The position numbers and the translations under genes were made by a program. Shown here one piece after another: positions 9,265 through 19,709 of a stretch of DNA of 64,000 nt (its first letter is position 1; each line of letters starts with the position of its first letter). The stretch comes from Verrucomicrobiales bacterium (GTDB lineage Bacteria > Verrucomicrobiota > Verrucomicrobiia > Verrucomicrobiales > V1-33): the NCBI GenBank assembly GCA_031411295.1, contig JANOAV010000161.1, forward strand, positions 15,822 through 79,821, given 5' to 3'. The notes beneath the pieces were generated by a model. The model saw only the letters and a list, made by a program, of their open reading frames with translations. It was not told the origin of the DNA and searched no databases.

Positions 9265-10011
9265 TTAGGCGATGAGTTGGCGGCTGCCGCTGCACTCCAT
9301 CCAGATTGATTTAAAGAAATAGTATCCCCAACCATGAACGGGATCGCCATTCCAGTCGGGATCGTAGTGGTGTTGTTTGTCGGTGAACCGTTCCGGATGC
9401 GGCATCAGGCCGAAAACGCGACCGGTCTTGTCCTGCAGGCCAGCAATGTTGGCGGTGGAGCCGTTCACGTCTTCCGTGTAAGTCAGCGTGACCAGACCGT
9501 TGGCCAAATATTCCTCGGCCTTGCCATCAGGAGCTACGAAGCGGCCTTCCGCATGGGCGATGGGCATTTCGATTTCCACTTCCTCGGGGAGTTCGCGGAG
9601 AAACGGGTTGTCTGGCGTTTGAATTTTCATTTTCACCCAGCGGCATTGGAAGCGGCCGCTGGTGTTATCGATCAAACTGCCTTCTGGGAGCAGTCCAAGT
9701 TTCGTGATAATCTGGAAACCATTGCAGATGCCCAAAATGTGGCCGCCGTTCGCGACGAAGTATTCCAAGGCTCCATCCAACTTCTGCTGGGTGATCAACT
9801 GCGCCACCCGACCAGCCATGACGTAGTCCCCATAACTGAATCCGCCGGAGAAGACGACGAGAGCCACGCCCACGAAATGCGCCGGAGTCAGTTCGCTGAC
9901 AGGGACGATTTCCGTGGTGAAGCCAGCTGCTTCAAGGGCGCGCGCGGTTTCCGTATCACAGTTTGTGCCGGGATACTTCGGTAGGAGCGCTTTAGGATGA
10001 GGGTTATACAT
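9265..10011 (-). CDS. purQ: Phosphoribosylformylglycinamidine synthase glutaminase subunit
   Basis: PGTNCD, GGFSYGDY, GICNGFQ, AHAEGR, MPHPER. Confidence 0.95.
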   Translation of the reverse strand: MYNPHPKALLPKYPGTNCDTETARALEAAGFTTEIVPVSELTPAHFVGVALVVFSGGFSYGDYVMAGRVAQLITQQKLDGALEYFVANGGHILGICNGFQIITKLGLLPEGSLIDNTSGRFQCRWVKMKIQTPDNPFLRELPEEVEIEMPIAHAEGRFVAPDGKAEEYLANGLVTLTYTEDVNGSTANIAGLQDKTGRVFGLMPHPERFTDKQHHYDPDWNGDPVHGWGYYFFKSIWMECSGSRQLIA

Positions 10012-10245
10012 GGGAGCAGGGAAAGGAGGTTGTGCCCCCATACCGACACGAACCAGCCCCCCTTTGCAACCTGAAATCCGCTGCCTGATTTGCGCGGGGC
10101 ACGACTGATTTTTGCGGGGGCAGCCATGGCTCGGTCTCGAATCCGCAGGAGATCAGTGAGGCCTCGACTCGGACGCCGGGAGATTTCGCACTTCAAGCAT
10201 CGAAAGTTGCGGACAGGAGCCCCGGCTAGCGTTAGACTTGGGTCT

Positions 10246-10495
10246 ATGCGTTCGCGTGCCTCCTCCATCCTGACTTTTGTGCTAACAGTCACTCATTTAA
10301 GAGATTGAAACCAGTGATCCGCAAAGTGCTCTCATCTGGGCCGGGCAGATCCAAAACGAGTCCAGCCGAGATGATATCTACCCATCTGTTTTGCGATCGC
10401 TCTTCTCCAAAGATCCCATTGCTGGCCGAGCGGCCATCGACAGTGCCCCACTCAGCGCGGAGACGAAAAAGGAACTGCTGGAAGCACGACCATAA
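10246..10495 (+). pseudogene. Deletion remnant of a verrucomicrobial helical-repeat protein
   Basis: Short MRSRASSILTFVLTV start at 10246, then an out-of-frame C-terminal fragment SDPQSALIWAGQIQNESSRDDIYPSVLRSLFSKDPIAGRAAIDSAPLSAETKKELL* (10313-10495). Confidence 0.45.
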
Positions 10496-10612
10496 AGGAC
10501 ACATCGAGCACCCTCGATTAGGCGGATTTTCGCACGCCCAAGGAGCGGGGCTTTTGCAGCCCCGGACCAAGCAGGCGTATGGTTTAGCGCTGTTTGTGTT
10601 CCTAGCATGATG

Positions 10613-10633
10613 GTGGGGCTTGCAAAGCCCCAC
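10613..10633. terminator. Hairpin downstream of PPC-domain gene
   Basis: GTGGGGCTT-GCA-AAGCCCCAC perfect 9-bp stem ~10 bp past the stop codon. No clear U-tract. Confidence 0.5.
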
Positions 10634-10644
10634 TCCTTCGCGCT

Positions 10645-13098
10645 TCACTTCCGAGCCGGATCCACGCGCACTAATCCGGTGCCGGCCACTTGCTTGAGTT
10701 CCTTGCCATCCGCCGTGACGGCTACTTCGCAGGCGATGCTGGGGTAAGTTCCGACCAAGGCATCCGCGCTGGCGGTTAGTTCCATGGTCAGTTCCTTGCT
10801 GTCGTTGCTCACCGCCACCGGACCGCCGGCCATTTCCAGGCCTTTGGGCAGACGGATGAGTTTCATGGTGGCGGCTCCAGGCAAGGTGCGCACGCTTTCG
10901 ATGGTCGCCTTCACTAAGGTCCGCTTCCCCCGCTCGACGGAAGAACGGGCTAGCTTCACGCGGAGAAATGGTTCGCTGACTTCCAGCTGAATTTGGTTGC
11001 TGCTGGCGCGCAGGCGTCCCGCCCGCTCGTCACCTGTGTTGCGGTTGCGGGCGGTGATGACGATGGGGAATTTCCCGAATTGGGCTCCCCCTTCTGCTGC
11101 CAGACGCAGGGTGGTCTTGGTGGTGTCTCCCGTGATGACGGTTCCAGTCTGAGGCACGATCCCTGCGGGCACGTTCTCTACGCCGATTTCCACTGGATCG
11201 GAAAACCCGGGCTGGCGCGTTAATTCCACTTCCAATAACAGTTCCCCGCTGCGGCTGAGCGCAATGGTGGGTTGGGTGGCCTTGATGGAGAAGGGAATCG
11301 CATCCGTCACTGCGAACGCCAGTTTATCGAAATGAGCAGCAGTGGCAATGTCGCCATTGGCGTAGGTGAGGGCAATATTGTGACTGAAGAAGCTGTTCAG
11401 CTTCGGGGCCTGGGCATCAACCGGTTGCACCATCAAATCCAGCCACGTAGCGGTCACGGGCGCATCCGCCGCGGCCTCGAACATAATGGGAATGCGCTTC
11501 TGGTCGATGGTGAAGTGCGCGGCGGTTATGGTGACGCCTTGGGGTAAATTGCGGGCCGTGACCTGCAGCTCTCCGGTAATTTTCTCCGTGCCATAGGTGG
11601 GCCGCAAATTCATCAGAAACAAGGCCCGATTCCCCCGCGCCACCTGGCTGCTGATCCGGCTGTTCTTTTGATTGTTGTCAGGCGAGTAGAACCCCATCAG
11701 CGCCCCGGGCTGAGCCGGCGTAATTTCGATGCGATACAGGGAGAGCGGGCTCCCCAGATTGCGCGAATCTTTCACCGTGAGGACGAAATCACCATCTTCC
11801 TTGGGGGTGAAAATGAGACTGGGGTCCAAGCGCTCGCGGGAGTATGTCTGCTCGAAATTATTGAGATCACCGTCGGTGGAATCGTCCGCGCGCTCGGGGT
11901 TCTGCCCCGCCTTGGCGGTGGCCGGAAGGATTTCCAACTGCAGGTCCGCCGGCGAGCCCAGGGCTTGGGCGTAGCCATCGATAATCAGCCGCTGGCCTTT
12001 CTTGGCGCTAAACTTGAAGCAATCGATGTCCCCATCTTTTTCCAGAATCCCATTCAGTGCCAACGGGATGGCAGCTTCCTGGCTGACCGTGGCCTGGCTG
12101 GGGCTCTCGTTAGGTTCTACTTCCAGCACATTGGGTCCCGCCAGCAAATGCAGCGGATTGGGCGTTGGGGTGGCAGCATCCGCCTGATAGCGGAAAGGCT
12201 CGGTCCCTTGCGGGAGGCTGATTTCTGCTTTGTCATTGGCACCAAGGGGCAATCCCAAGAAGCGCACCGACAATTTTTCGCCAGGCTTTCCGCCCGCAGG
12301 ATAGACTCCAGCCGGGCGACGGAAGTCACCCACATGCAACCGATACGGGATGCGCTTGCCAGTAGCAGAAGGAAGCAGGGGCTTAATGCTAACAAACACT
12401 GGTCCATCCGCCGGAGCGATGGCACTAACAAACGGATCGGCCAGCAGCAGCGGCGTATCATCGCAGGTGGCCAGCGTTTTCCCCGCCGCATCCATCACCG
12501 TCAGGATAACTTCGGTGCCATCATCCGTATCCAACGCCAGGCGGGCGCATTCCACTTCGGCACTGATGAGCTGGCCTTTTTTCACCTCGTATTTAAAGTA
12601 ATCCGCATCGTCACCCAGCATCCAGCCATTGACGGTGGCGGCACCAGGCAAGGCTTCCGCAGTTGCCAGGGTATTGTTGGTCTTGTCCTTTTCGACCGGT
12701 TCCTGCTCCACGTGCGTCGGCAGCGCCCCTACAAAAAAGGGCATCACTTCCCCCACCCCATAGTTGGTATAGAGCCGCAAATAATGCACTCCACTGGGGC
12801 AGTTAGGATCAATTTCCATGCTGGCAATCGCCTTTTTCCCGGCCGAGTCCGGCACCTTGGGATCCGCCTCCACGGGGGAAATCTTCGTTACTTTGATCAG
12901 GTCCGTGTCCGCGCACAACACCCCCTTCGGCTCGAACAATTTCAACCCCGTAAAAGTCACTTCCACCGTGCTCCCCCGATGCCAACCATACGGAGCCATG
13001 CTGGAGACCTTCGGGGTGCCGGGAAATTTCGGCGTTTCCGCCTGGACTGCTGCAGTAAGCACCAGCGCTAAGGGAAGGAACTGTAAGGAGAGTTTCAT
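10645..13098 (-). CDS. Secreted pre-peptidase C-terminal (PPC) domain protein of the PVC DUF1501-associated type
   Basis: Signal peptide, P.G..RGSTVEVTFTG, EQEP/EVEPNE, D.DYF/D.DCFKF motifs, YRLHVGDF, YPAGGKPGE. Confidence 0.85.
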   Translation of the reverse strand: MKLSLQFLPLALVLTAAVQAETPKFPGTPKVSSMAPYGWHRGSTVEVTFTGLKLFEPKGVLCADTDLIKVTKISPVEADPKVPDSAGKKAIASMEIDPNCPSGVHYLRLYTNYGVGEVMPFFVGALPTHVEQEPVEKDKTNNTLATAEALPGAATVNGWMLGDDADYFKYEVKKGQLISAEVECARLALDTDDGTEVILTVMDAAGKTLATCDDTPLLLADPFVSAIAPADGPVFVSIKPLLPSATGKRIPYRLHVGDFRRPAGVYPAGGKPGEKLSVRFLGLPLGANDKAEISLPQGTEPFRYQADAATPTPNPLHLLAGPNVLEVEPNESPSQATVSQEAAIPLALNGILEKDGDIDCFKFSAKKGQRLIIDGYAQALGSPADLQLEILPATAKAGQNPERADDSTDGDLNNFEQTYSRERLDPSLIFTPKEDGDFVLTVKDSRNLGSPLSLYRIEITPAQPGALMGFYSPDNNQKNSRISSQVARGNRALFLMNLRPTYGTEKITGELQVTARNLPQGVTITAAHFTIDQKRIPIMFEAAADAPVTATWLDLMVQPVDAQAPKLNSFFSHNIALTYANGDIATAAHFDKLAFAVTDAIPFSIKATQPTIALSRSGELLLEVELTRQPGFSDPVEIGVENVPAGIVPQTGTVITGDTTKTTLRLAAEGGAQFGKFPIVITARNRNTGDERAGRLRASSNQIQLEVSEPFLRVKLARSSVERGKRTLVKATIESVRTLPGAATMKLIRLPKGLEMAGGPVAVSNDSKELTMELTASADALVGTYPSIACEVAVTADGKELKQVAGTGLVRVDPARK

Positions 13099-13175
13099 AA
13101 TGAGAGGGTGCGGACGTGCTGTGGCCGTCAGACGTGCCATGTTGGACCAACCATCGTTAAAGAGAGCCGTTGGAG

Positions 13176-14522
13176 CTAGGCCACGATTCCCTTGATGACC
13201 TCACCGCCGTCCACGATCTCGATCGGGCGCGGGCCTGGAGCCATGAGTTCCTTATCGGCATTGATGCCAAGTTGGTGATAAACGGTGGTCATCAGGTCTT
13301 CCACCTTGACCGGATCCGTTTCGGGTTCCGTGGCCGTGGCATCCGTGCTGCCATAAACGTTGCCACGGGTGATCCCACCACCGGCAATCATCGCTGACCA
13401 GACCCGGGCAAAGTGATCCCGACCTGCGGTGCCGTTGATCTTCGGCGTGCGACCGAATTCAGACGTCACCATGATCATCGTTGAATCCAGCAAACCACGT
13501 TCATCCAAGTCGCTAATCAACGCGGCCACCGCTTGATCCAGCGCAGGCATCATTTTCTTATTGGCATCCGCAATCCCCGAGTGGTGATCCCAACCATCGT
13601 AGGCCACGGTGACCACCCGCACGCCGGCTTCCACTAGCCGCCGCGCCAACAAGCAACGCTGCCCGGCCTGGTTGATGCCGTATTTCTCCACTGTGGCCGC
13701 AGACTCCTTGTTCATGTCGAACGCCTCGCGCGCTTTGGGACTGCTGACCATGGTATAAGCCTGCTGATAGAATTCATCCATCGCCTCAATCATGTCCGAA
13801 CGGGTATCCATCTGGCGTAAATGATCTTCCACCGCCACCCGGAGGCTCTTGCGACGATCGAAACGCTTCTCGTCCATCCCCTGCGGCATCGTTAGATCCC
13901 GCACTTTGAAATTTTTGCCACCAGCCGGATCGCTGCCCACGCCAAAGGCACCATACTTGGCGCTCAGGTGGCCCGTGCCCCCTTCGATCTTCGCATCCGG
14001 CACCCCGACATAGGCGGGCAGACCATCGCGCGGCCCAAACTCATGGGAGACCACCGAACCCAGGCTCGGGTGCTTGACCGCAGGACTTTGACGATACCCG
14101 GTAAACATCGTGTAAGTCGCGCGACCATGATCGGCTTCCTTTCCAGTCATGCTCCGCAGCAGGGTCACCTTATCCAGCACCTTCGCCATGCAGGGGAGGT
14201 TCTCACTCAGCACCACGCCAGGCAGCGCAGTCTTCACCACCCCCAAGGGCCCGCGGTATTCCAAGGGAGCTTCTGGCTTCGGATCCCAACTCTCCTGAGC
14301 CGCCATGCCGCCGCCCAAGGTAATGTGAATAATGCTCTTGGCCTTGCCTTCCTTGCTCTCATAAAATTTCTGATCCGCCCGGGCGGATTCCATGCGCAAC
14401 AACTCGCCCAAGCTCAGGCCCAGGCCGCCTAGAAAGCCGACCTTCAAGAAACTTCGACGACGTGTCAGGAAGTGAGCAGGGTCTTCGTGCCAAGTTAGGA
14501 TATCTTTGTTGAGATGGTTCAT
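13176..14522 (-). CDS. DUF1501 domain-containing protein (Tat signal)
   Basis: TRRRSFLKVG, GGMAAQESWDPKP, LLARRLVEAGVR, GWDHH, SEFGRTPKIN, GRDHF. Confidence 0.93.
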   Translation of the reverse strand: MNHLNKDILTWHEDPAHFLTRRRSFLKVGFLGGLGLSLGELLRMESARADQKFYESKEGKAKSIIHITLGGGMAAQESWDPKPEAPLEYRGPLGVVKTALPGVVLSENLPCMAKVLDKVTLLRSMTGKEADHGRATYTMFTGYRQSPAVKHPSLGSVVSHEFGPRDGLPAYVGVPDAKIEGGTGHLSAKYGAFGVGSDPAGGKNFKVRDLTMPQGMDEKRFDRRKSLRVAVEDHLRQMDTRSDMIEAMDEFYQQAYTMVSSPKAREAFDMNKESAATVEKYGINQAGQRCLLARRLVEAGVRVVTVAYDGWDHHSGIADANKKMMPALDQAVAALISDLDERGLLDSTMIMVTSEFGRTPKINGTAGRDHFARVWSAMIAGGGITRGNVYGSTDATATEPETDPVKVEDLMTTVYHQLGINADKELMAPGPRPIEIVDGGEVIKGIVA

Positions 14523-14637
14523 CGCGCGGGTAAATGGAATGGGTGAAATTGACAGATCCGTCAATAATCTAATTTAATGCGGAATTCACCTCCGTAAGTG
14601 CGGCATTTCGCGGAGGCGAATCCGTATTACGAATACG

Positions 14638-15735
14638 TTAGAATTTTACACTCAATCCCGCACTAACGCGGTCAATGTTCTGATAAGTCGGAGCGGTCTC
14701 CCCTTTCTGCCAGGAAACGAAAGCACTAATGCTTTCGGATTCGAGGTAGGGGCGGAATTCCGCACGCAGTTCTGTGAAGAAGTGGCTTTCGCCAAGATCC
14801 TCCACGGGATGCGCGCCCTTGATACTGCCGCTCAGGGTGACGCGGCCTTTGAACAGGCCAATCCCCGCGTGAAGGCCATAGCACACGCACAGCGCGGAGT
14901 CCGCCGCCTCATCAATTGAGGCCCCATTGCTGAGATCGTTCAAGGCGGATTCCAGCGATACGGTGGGACGGATAAACGTGAAGGTGTCGTGGTCCCTGTT
15001 GGCTGCGCTGAGCGGTGCGGCCTTACTGGCGCTCTTGGCGTCCTCGGCATCCGCCACATCAAGGAATCCCTTGTAAAACTGTCGGTTCCCCAGAGTGAAA
15101 CCATTCTGCGCCAGGAAGCGTGGCTCCCAGTTGAGAATTAATTTCCACCCTTGGGTATCGTGCACGCCATCACGCTCGAAGACCGCTCCAAACTGCACTG
15201 GTTGTGGAGAATCCACCCAAGCCCCGCGCAACGTTAGCAAAGCGTAATAACGCTGGGTATTTTCCTCCTTGTCCGCCTCCATGGTGCTGCGATCATATTC
15301 CGCTCCAATACGGAAGAATGGAAGTTTATCCCCCATGGCACCGACGTAGGTGTCCAGCATCACGGTGGCATGAAGATCCATCGTCGAGTCCTGCCCGGCA
15401 TCCTTCTGATACAGAAATTCAGCGCCTGGAGTATCCTCATTGTCGAACTGGAAATCCTTGCGCACCCGCAGGCGTAAATGCGTTTCCCCGGGCTCGGCCA
15501 GCAGCACGCGGTTCACCCCGAGGCGTAGGAATGAATTCGCCTCGTCTGGGCTGAAATTCACGGGTTCCACCATTCCTGAGAGGACCTGAGGGGTATTGGT
15601 GCCTAGCAACAGGCCGTGCTGGCGATCATGCGGCAGGCCGAATAACGTCTCGCTCTCCGCCGTTGCCAGAGTGGCCGCAGAGATAGTGGTTAGTGAAGAG
15701 AGTGATAGCGCAAGGAGCAATGGATGGAGTTTCAT
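14638..15735 (-). CDS. Hypothetical exported protein, probable outer-membrane beta-barrel
   Basis: Signal peptide, alternating amphipathic strands, C-terminal AGLSVKF. Confidence 0.65.
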   Translation of the reverse strand: MKLHPLLLALSLSSLTTISAATLATAESETLFGLPHDRQHGLLLGTNTPQVLSGMVEPVNFSPDEANSFLRLGVNRVLLAEPGETHLRLRVRKDFQFDNEDTPGAEFLYQKDAGQDSTMDLHATVMLDTYVGAMGDKLPFFRIGAEYDRSTMEADKEENTQRYYALLTLRGAWVDSPQPVQFGAVFERDGVHDTQGWKLILNWEPRFLAQNGFTLGNRQFYKGFLDVADAEDAKSASKAAPLSAANRDHDTFTFIRPTVSLESALNDLSNGASIDEAADSALCVCYGLHAGIGLFKGRVTLSGSIKGAHPVEDLGESHFFTELRAEFRPYLESESISAFVSWQKGETAPTYQNIDRVSAGLSVKF

Positions 15736-15758
15736 TAGGTATGGTATTATTGTGGTTG

Positions 15759-17870
15759 CTAGTGAGAAGGATTTAGTGCCTCGTCAAATTTATGGGCGAG
15801 AACCCGGCCCAACTCCCGATAGGCTGTGAAATCATCCTTGGAGAAGGAAAGATTGAAGGTGCTGGTGTGGGGGAATTTGTATGATTTGGCAGCATAATTT
15901 TTGAACCACGCATTCAGCGGCTGCGTCCGGCTGAGCGGCTTGTCGCTCTTGGGATCGCCTTTAAACTGTAGATTCTCTCCATCTCGTTCGCGCCAGCTCA
16001 TTTTCACGTAGTGCAAGGTGATGGTCCGCCGACCCTTATTGATTTGGAGGGAAAAGACTGGTTCATCCTTCCACTGCGCGGGAGAACAGGTTGTTGGCCT
16101 GAGCTTACGCGCTTGGTCCATCCGCGCTTCCTCTGTATCGCCAACTTGATTGGGTCCGCGCAAGGATTTACTCAACTCGCAGCCCAACCTTTCCGCCACC
16201 GCTGGGCAATCCATTTGAAATGGAGCCAGGGGTTCCCCGCTGTTGGTCCAACCCTTCGCCTGCCAATGCCAACCATCCACCGATAACAAGGCCAGCGCAC
16301 GCTTCAGATCATCGAATTCATACTTTGGATCACACCCTGCATCGAACACCCACATCTGGGTTACCTGAGGCCGCAAGGACATTGCGAAAATGCCGAGATT
16401 GTCGTAATGCCCTCCGTCCGTTAGGAATAAGGTATTGGATTCGGTGGTCGCACTGATACGGTCACTGGTAAATTCGCGCATCCGATCTTTCAACGTTTCC
16501 TTCCATGTCCAAGCTCCTTGAGGCTGGCGTGGAACCTGCATGGCGAAGTTCCGATTATGATACCGCAAGTTCAGATTCAACGGTGAAATGAGATAATCCA
16601 GCCAGGCAAAGGCAGGCTTTACAAAAGGAATTTTATGCTGGGTTCCCACTGGCGGCCAGACGTCCCGGTATCCAGCAGGAAGACCATTTTCAGCTGGTTT
16701 TGGGGTCGTTTCTGGAGGACGAATTTTGCCGAAGACACTTAGTGAATCAAAAGCAGCGCCTGACGCACTGACGGCAGCGTCAACATTTAGGGGTTTGGTG
16801 GGCCATGGCCACCACACCAGGCTGTGGGATTTCAATGTAGCCATGCCTCCTCCCAGTTCGTCCTTTGTAACGCTCTTCACTGGAAAGCCAAAGTGCTTCG
16901 CTTCGATGTAACCTAGAAATGGGGCTCCACAGGAATCCCTACTGAACTCGAAGGGCAGCACATCAGGATCAGTCATGTTATGTCCTGGCGGAGAGGCACA
17001 CAACGAAGCACCGATTACCAAGTAGGGCGCAGGGCTGCCGTCTGGATTGATCTCATCCATGCGCACAGTGTGTGGTTTTCCTTTGAAAAAACCATCAAGA
17101 TCGTCTTCCTGGCCGGGCAACTTCTCATGCGGTTTACGTAGGTAGGTCCAGCGCAGGAAGTTGTCATACATCAAGTTAGGATGAAAGGCATTGGACTTTC
17201 CTCTCGGAATCTTTAGATGCAATGCCACGTCCATCAGCGCATTCAACGGGGCCGTTAGACCGACCCACGCCAAATCCAAAGGAACGCGCCAGTTTTTCCG
17301 GCCAAAAACGAATCCCCGCCCATCCTCAAGTTGATCCACGGGTCCGAATTTCCCCGTTTGATTGAATTCCCACGAGCCGCGCTTTTCGGGCTGCATCAGT
17401 TGGGCGGGATCCGTGGTGTAGTCGATTTCGCTTTTATGTTGCAGCGGCCAATGTGTGCTGGAGACCGTCCGTTCTCCCGACTCTGGTTTCAGCAAATGAG
17501 AAACATACCAAGCCCCGGTGTAAGCCCCGCCGGAAGCGCAACTGATGTAGTCTGCTTTTTTCAACAGCCCTTTCTCCTGCAAACCCTGTAGCACGCCGAT
17601 CTGCACCGTCGCGCTCCGCTCCCCGCCACCAGAAAGACACAGCGCAATCGCCTCCCATCCCTGCTTGACCTCCAGACCTACTGCCTTGCGTCGTTTCGCA
17701 ATGTAAGCTGCCTCTGCGTCGAACCTTGGCATAGCGCTGATGGGGGCCTGCCAAGTGGTTCCCCCTTGGGCGTTGGGTTTTTGCGGGTCGGTTGGCAATG
17801 AGCGTTTGGTCGTGCCACAGGAGGCGAGAACGCTAACGGCCAATGTTGTTGGGATGCGAAGATTTTTCAT
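15759..17870 (-). CDS. Patatin/cPLA2-like phospholipase, lipoprotein
   Basis: Lipobox LASC, oxyanion LSGGGERSA, nucleophile ISCASGGAY, catalytic Asp in DGGHYDNLG. Confidence 0.85.
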   Translation of the reverse strand: MKNLRIPTTLAVSVLASCGTTKRSLPTDPQKPNAQGGTTWQAPISAMPRFDAEAAYIAKRRKAVGLEVKQGWEAIALCLSGGGERSATVQIGVLQGLQEKGLLKKADYISCASGGAYTGAWYVSHLLKPESGERTVSSTHWPLQHKSEIDYTTDPAQLMQPEKRGSWEFNQTGKFGPVDQLEDGRGFVFGRKNWRVPLDLAWVGLTAPLNALMDVALHLKIPRGKSNAFHPNLMYDNFLRWTYLRKPHEKLPGQEDDLDGFFKGKPHTVRMDEINPDGSPAPYLVIGASLCASPPGHNMTDPDVLPFEFSRDSCGAPFLGYIEAKHFGFPVKSVTKDELGGGMATLKSHSLVWWPWPTKPLNVDAAVSASGAAFDSLSVFGKIRPPETTPKPAENGLPAGYRDVWPPVGTQHKIPFVKPAFAWLDYLISPLNLNLRYHNRNFAMQVPRQPQGAWTWKETLKDRMREFTSDRISATTESNTLFLTDGGHYDNLGIFAMSLRPQVTQMWVFDAGCDPKYEFDDLKRALALLSVDGWHWQAKGWTNSGEPLAPFQMDCPAVAERLGCELSKSLRGPNQVGDTEEARMDQARKLRPTTCSPAQWKDEPVFSLQINKGRRTITLHYVKMSWRERDGENLQFKGDPKSDKPLSRTQPLNAWFKNYAAKSYKFPHTSTFNLSFSKDDFTAYRELGRVLAHKFDEALNPSH

Positions 17871-17912
17871 AGTTCGTTTACAGGCTTGATATTTTGGTGA
17901 AATGTTAGTAGG

Positions 17913-19658
17913 TTACAGTGTTTTGAGATATTCTAGGAGGGCGAGTCGATCGGCTTCAGATATTTTTGTGCCGTATTCGTGGCCAGTGTTGTAATTTCCT
18001 GAGAGCTTAGTGTCGAAGAGGAACCCGCCGGGCGTGGCAGTGGTTTCGTAGCCCACGTGCGCGGCATCATATTCCCGGCTCCCGAGCCAGAATTTCTGAG
18101 GCCGCTGGGACGCGGGCAAGAGCAGATCATAGAGGGTGGGGACGGATCCGTTATGCAGAAATGGTGCGGTGGCCCAAATCCCATCCAGCGGCCGTGCCCG
18201 ATATTTTAATGGCGTGGCTTTATCGGCGGTAAATTGGTCTGCTATCAACGCATCCGCATCGGTGGATTCAAAAACGCCGTCGGTTGCCAGGGGGACTCTC
18301 CGGGTTGTGGAATCGATTTTCTTATGCTCTAATTTGCCCACCAGCGCCCGGCCGACGGTGTCTGCCGTGATCGTGGCCACCGACTCGCGGTCACCGTAAG
18401 TTTCATCCCCCACGAGGATCTTCTTTCTAGCCCCCTTGAGGATGCCTGTAGGGGCCATGCTATCCCTAATCAGGGCTGCCGCCTTGGGGTCGGTATGCAC
18501 GCCTTTCTCAGCGCCAACGTCTTCCACAGGAGTCAGCACTGAGAAGAAACTATGAGCCAGGGGAAATGGATTCACGTTTCTATGGCAGCCAACGCAGTGT
18601 TCCGCAAACAGCTCTTTGCCGTGCGGCAGCAGTTTGGCATCGGGGGTTCCGAACACCGAATTAGGCCAAGCGGGCGCACTCAAACCTCGGAGGCGTCTTT
18701 CCAATCCGCGCAAATTGTGAAAGTTAGCCGAGGTGGCATAACCAATGGGAGGGCGCCTGGTGGTGTTATCCACAGAGGCGAAGACGCCAATCACTTCCCC
18801 CACATTGCGCGCCAAGGATCCCACTAATCCATTCTTCGCACTGCCGGTCCATTGCACTGAGTCCGCCCGTGGCGTATCCCACAGAAATGGGAAACTAACA
18901 GGAGCGTTCGGCACCACGTGATGCGGTGATTCAACAATCGTGAGGGCACGATTGAAAATGCGGCCAAACGCATCCAAGCGGCCGAAACCATATGGCACAT
19001 CGGATTGATTCAAATGAACGTAAGCCCCGCCCACGCGACTGACGCGGCCCAGAGACTCCCGCAGGGAGGTTCGTGTGGCTTGAGTCTGGGCCCGTTCACC
19101 GAGCACTTTCTTGGCGAAGCGATCAAATTTTGATGTCTGCTGCAAGGTTGCGTTCACCGAATCTAACAAACCACTCATCAGCGCATCAAAATCCGCCAGC
19201 GAGGGGCCGCCATCGATCCGCAGAGATTTTCCGCGATAGTCAATCTGGCCGGTGTGGCACGCCGCGCAAGTGAACCCCAGCGAACGTGGATCTGACAGCA
19301 GCCCAGCGTCTGCCACCAAGGTGCCAGAATCCGGCACGAAGCCCACTGGCAGCCCCTCTGGATTGCGGGGACTAGGCGTTTGCGGAAGGCAGCGGTATTT
19401 TCTAATGTTAGTGGAATCATTGAATGGCGCCGTATTTCCAGACTGCTCCAGTGCCAGGTAATACTGCAATGGCATGAGTTGCGAGCCCTGGGTGGTGGTA
19501 TAGAACCACTCACTGTCAGAGGTGGACCATCCTTGGCTAAGGGAAATGACGCCCGGGGAACTGGGGACAGGAGTTAACGACTGAAAAGTGGAACGGAACG
19601 AGGTGCAAGCTACCAAGGCTGCGGTGAATGGAAGCAGGATGAGAAAGAGGCGTTTCAT
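17913..19658 (-). CDS. Di-heme c-type cytochrome of the RoxA-like / di-heme peroxidase superfamily, lipoprotein
   Basis: CAACH and CVGCH, GFGRLDAFG, YRARPLDGIWATAPFLHNGSVPTL, GNYNTGHEYG, LLEYLKTL, lipobox LVAC. Confidence 0.88.
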   Translation of the reverse strand: MKRLFLILLPFTAALVACTSFRSTFQSLTPVPSSPGVISLSQGWSTSDSEWFYTTTQGSQLMPLQYYLALEQSGNTAPFNDSTNIRKYRCLPQTPSPRNPEGLPVGFVPDSGTLVADAGLLSDPRSLGFTCAACHTGQIDYRGKSLRIDGGPSLADFDALMSGLLDSVNATLQQTSKFDRFAKKVLGERAQTQATRTSLRESLGRVSRVGGAYVHLNQSDVPYGFGRLDAFGRIFNRALTIVESPHHVVPNAPVSFPFLWDTPRADSVQWTGSAKNGLVGSLARNVGEVIGVFASVDNTTRRPPIGYATSANFHNLRGLERRLRGLSAPAWPNSVFGTPDAKLLPHGKELFAEHCVGCHRNVNPFPLAHSFFSVLTPVEDVGAEKGVHTDPKAAALIRDSMAPTGILKGARKKILVGDETYGDRESVATITADTVGRALVGKLEHKKIDSTTRRVPLATDGVFESTDADALIADQFTADKATPLKYRARPLDGIWATAPFLHNGSVPTLYDLLLPASQRPQKFWLGSREYDAAHVGYETTATPGGFLFDTKLSGNYNTGHEYGTKISEADRLALLEYLKTL

Positions 19659-19709
19659 GTTCGGGTATAGCTAGTGAAATTGACTTGAATCGGGTCTGGA
19701 TCTAGGAAG

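Noticed and set aside
10020..10240. ZMP/ZTP or purine riboswitch upstream of purQ
   Set aside because: The conserved aptamer motifs could not be found on the minus strand.
14579..14632. Imperfect hairpin between OM-barrel gene and DUF1501 gene as ncRNA
   Set aside because: Best explained as a terminator or REP-like stem. There is no further evidence.
18766..18774. Perfect DnaA box TTATCCACA
   Set aside because: Isolated, intragenic and expected by chance. It is not part of a cluster.
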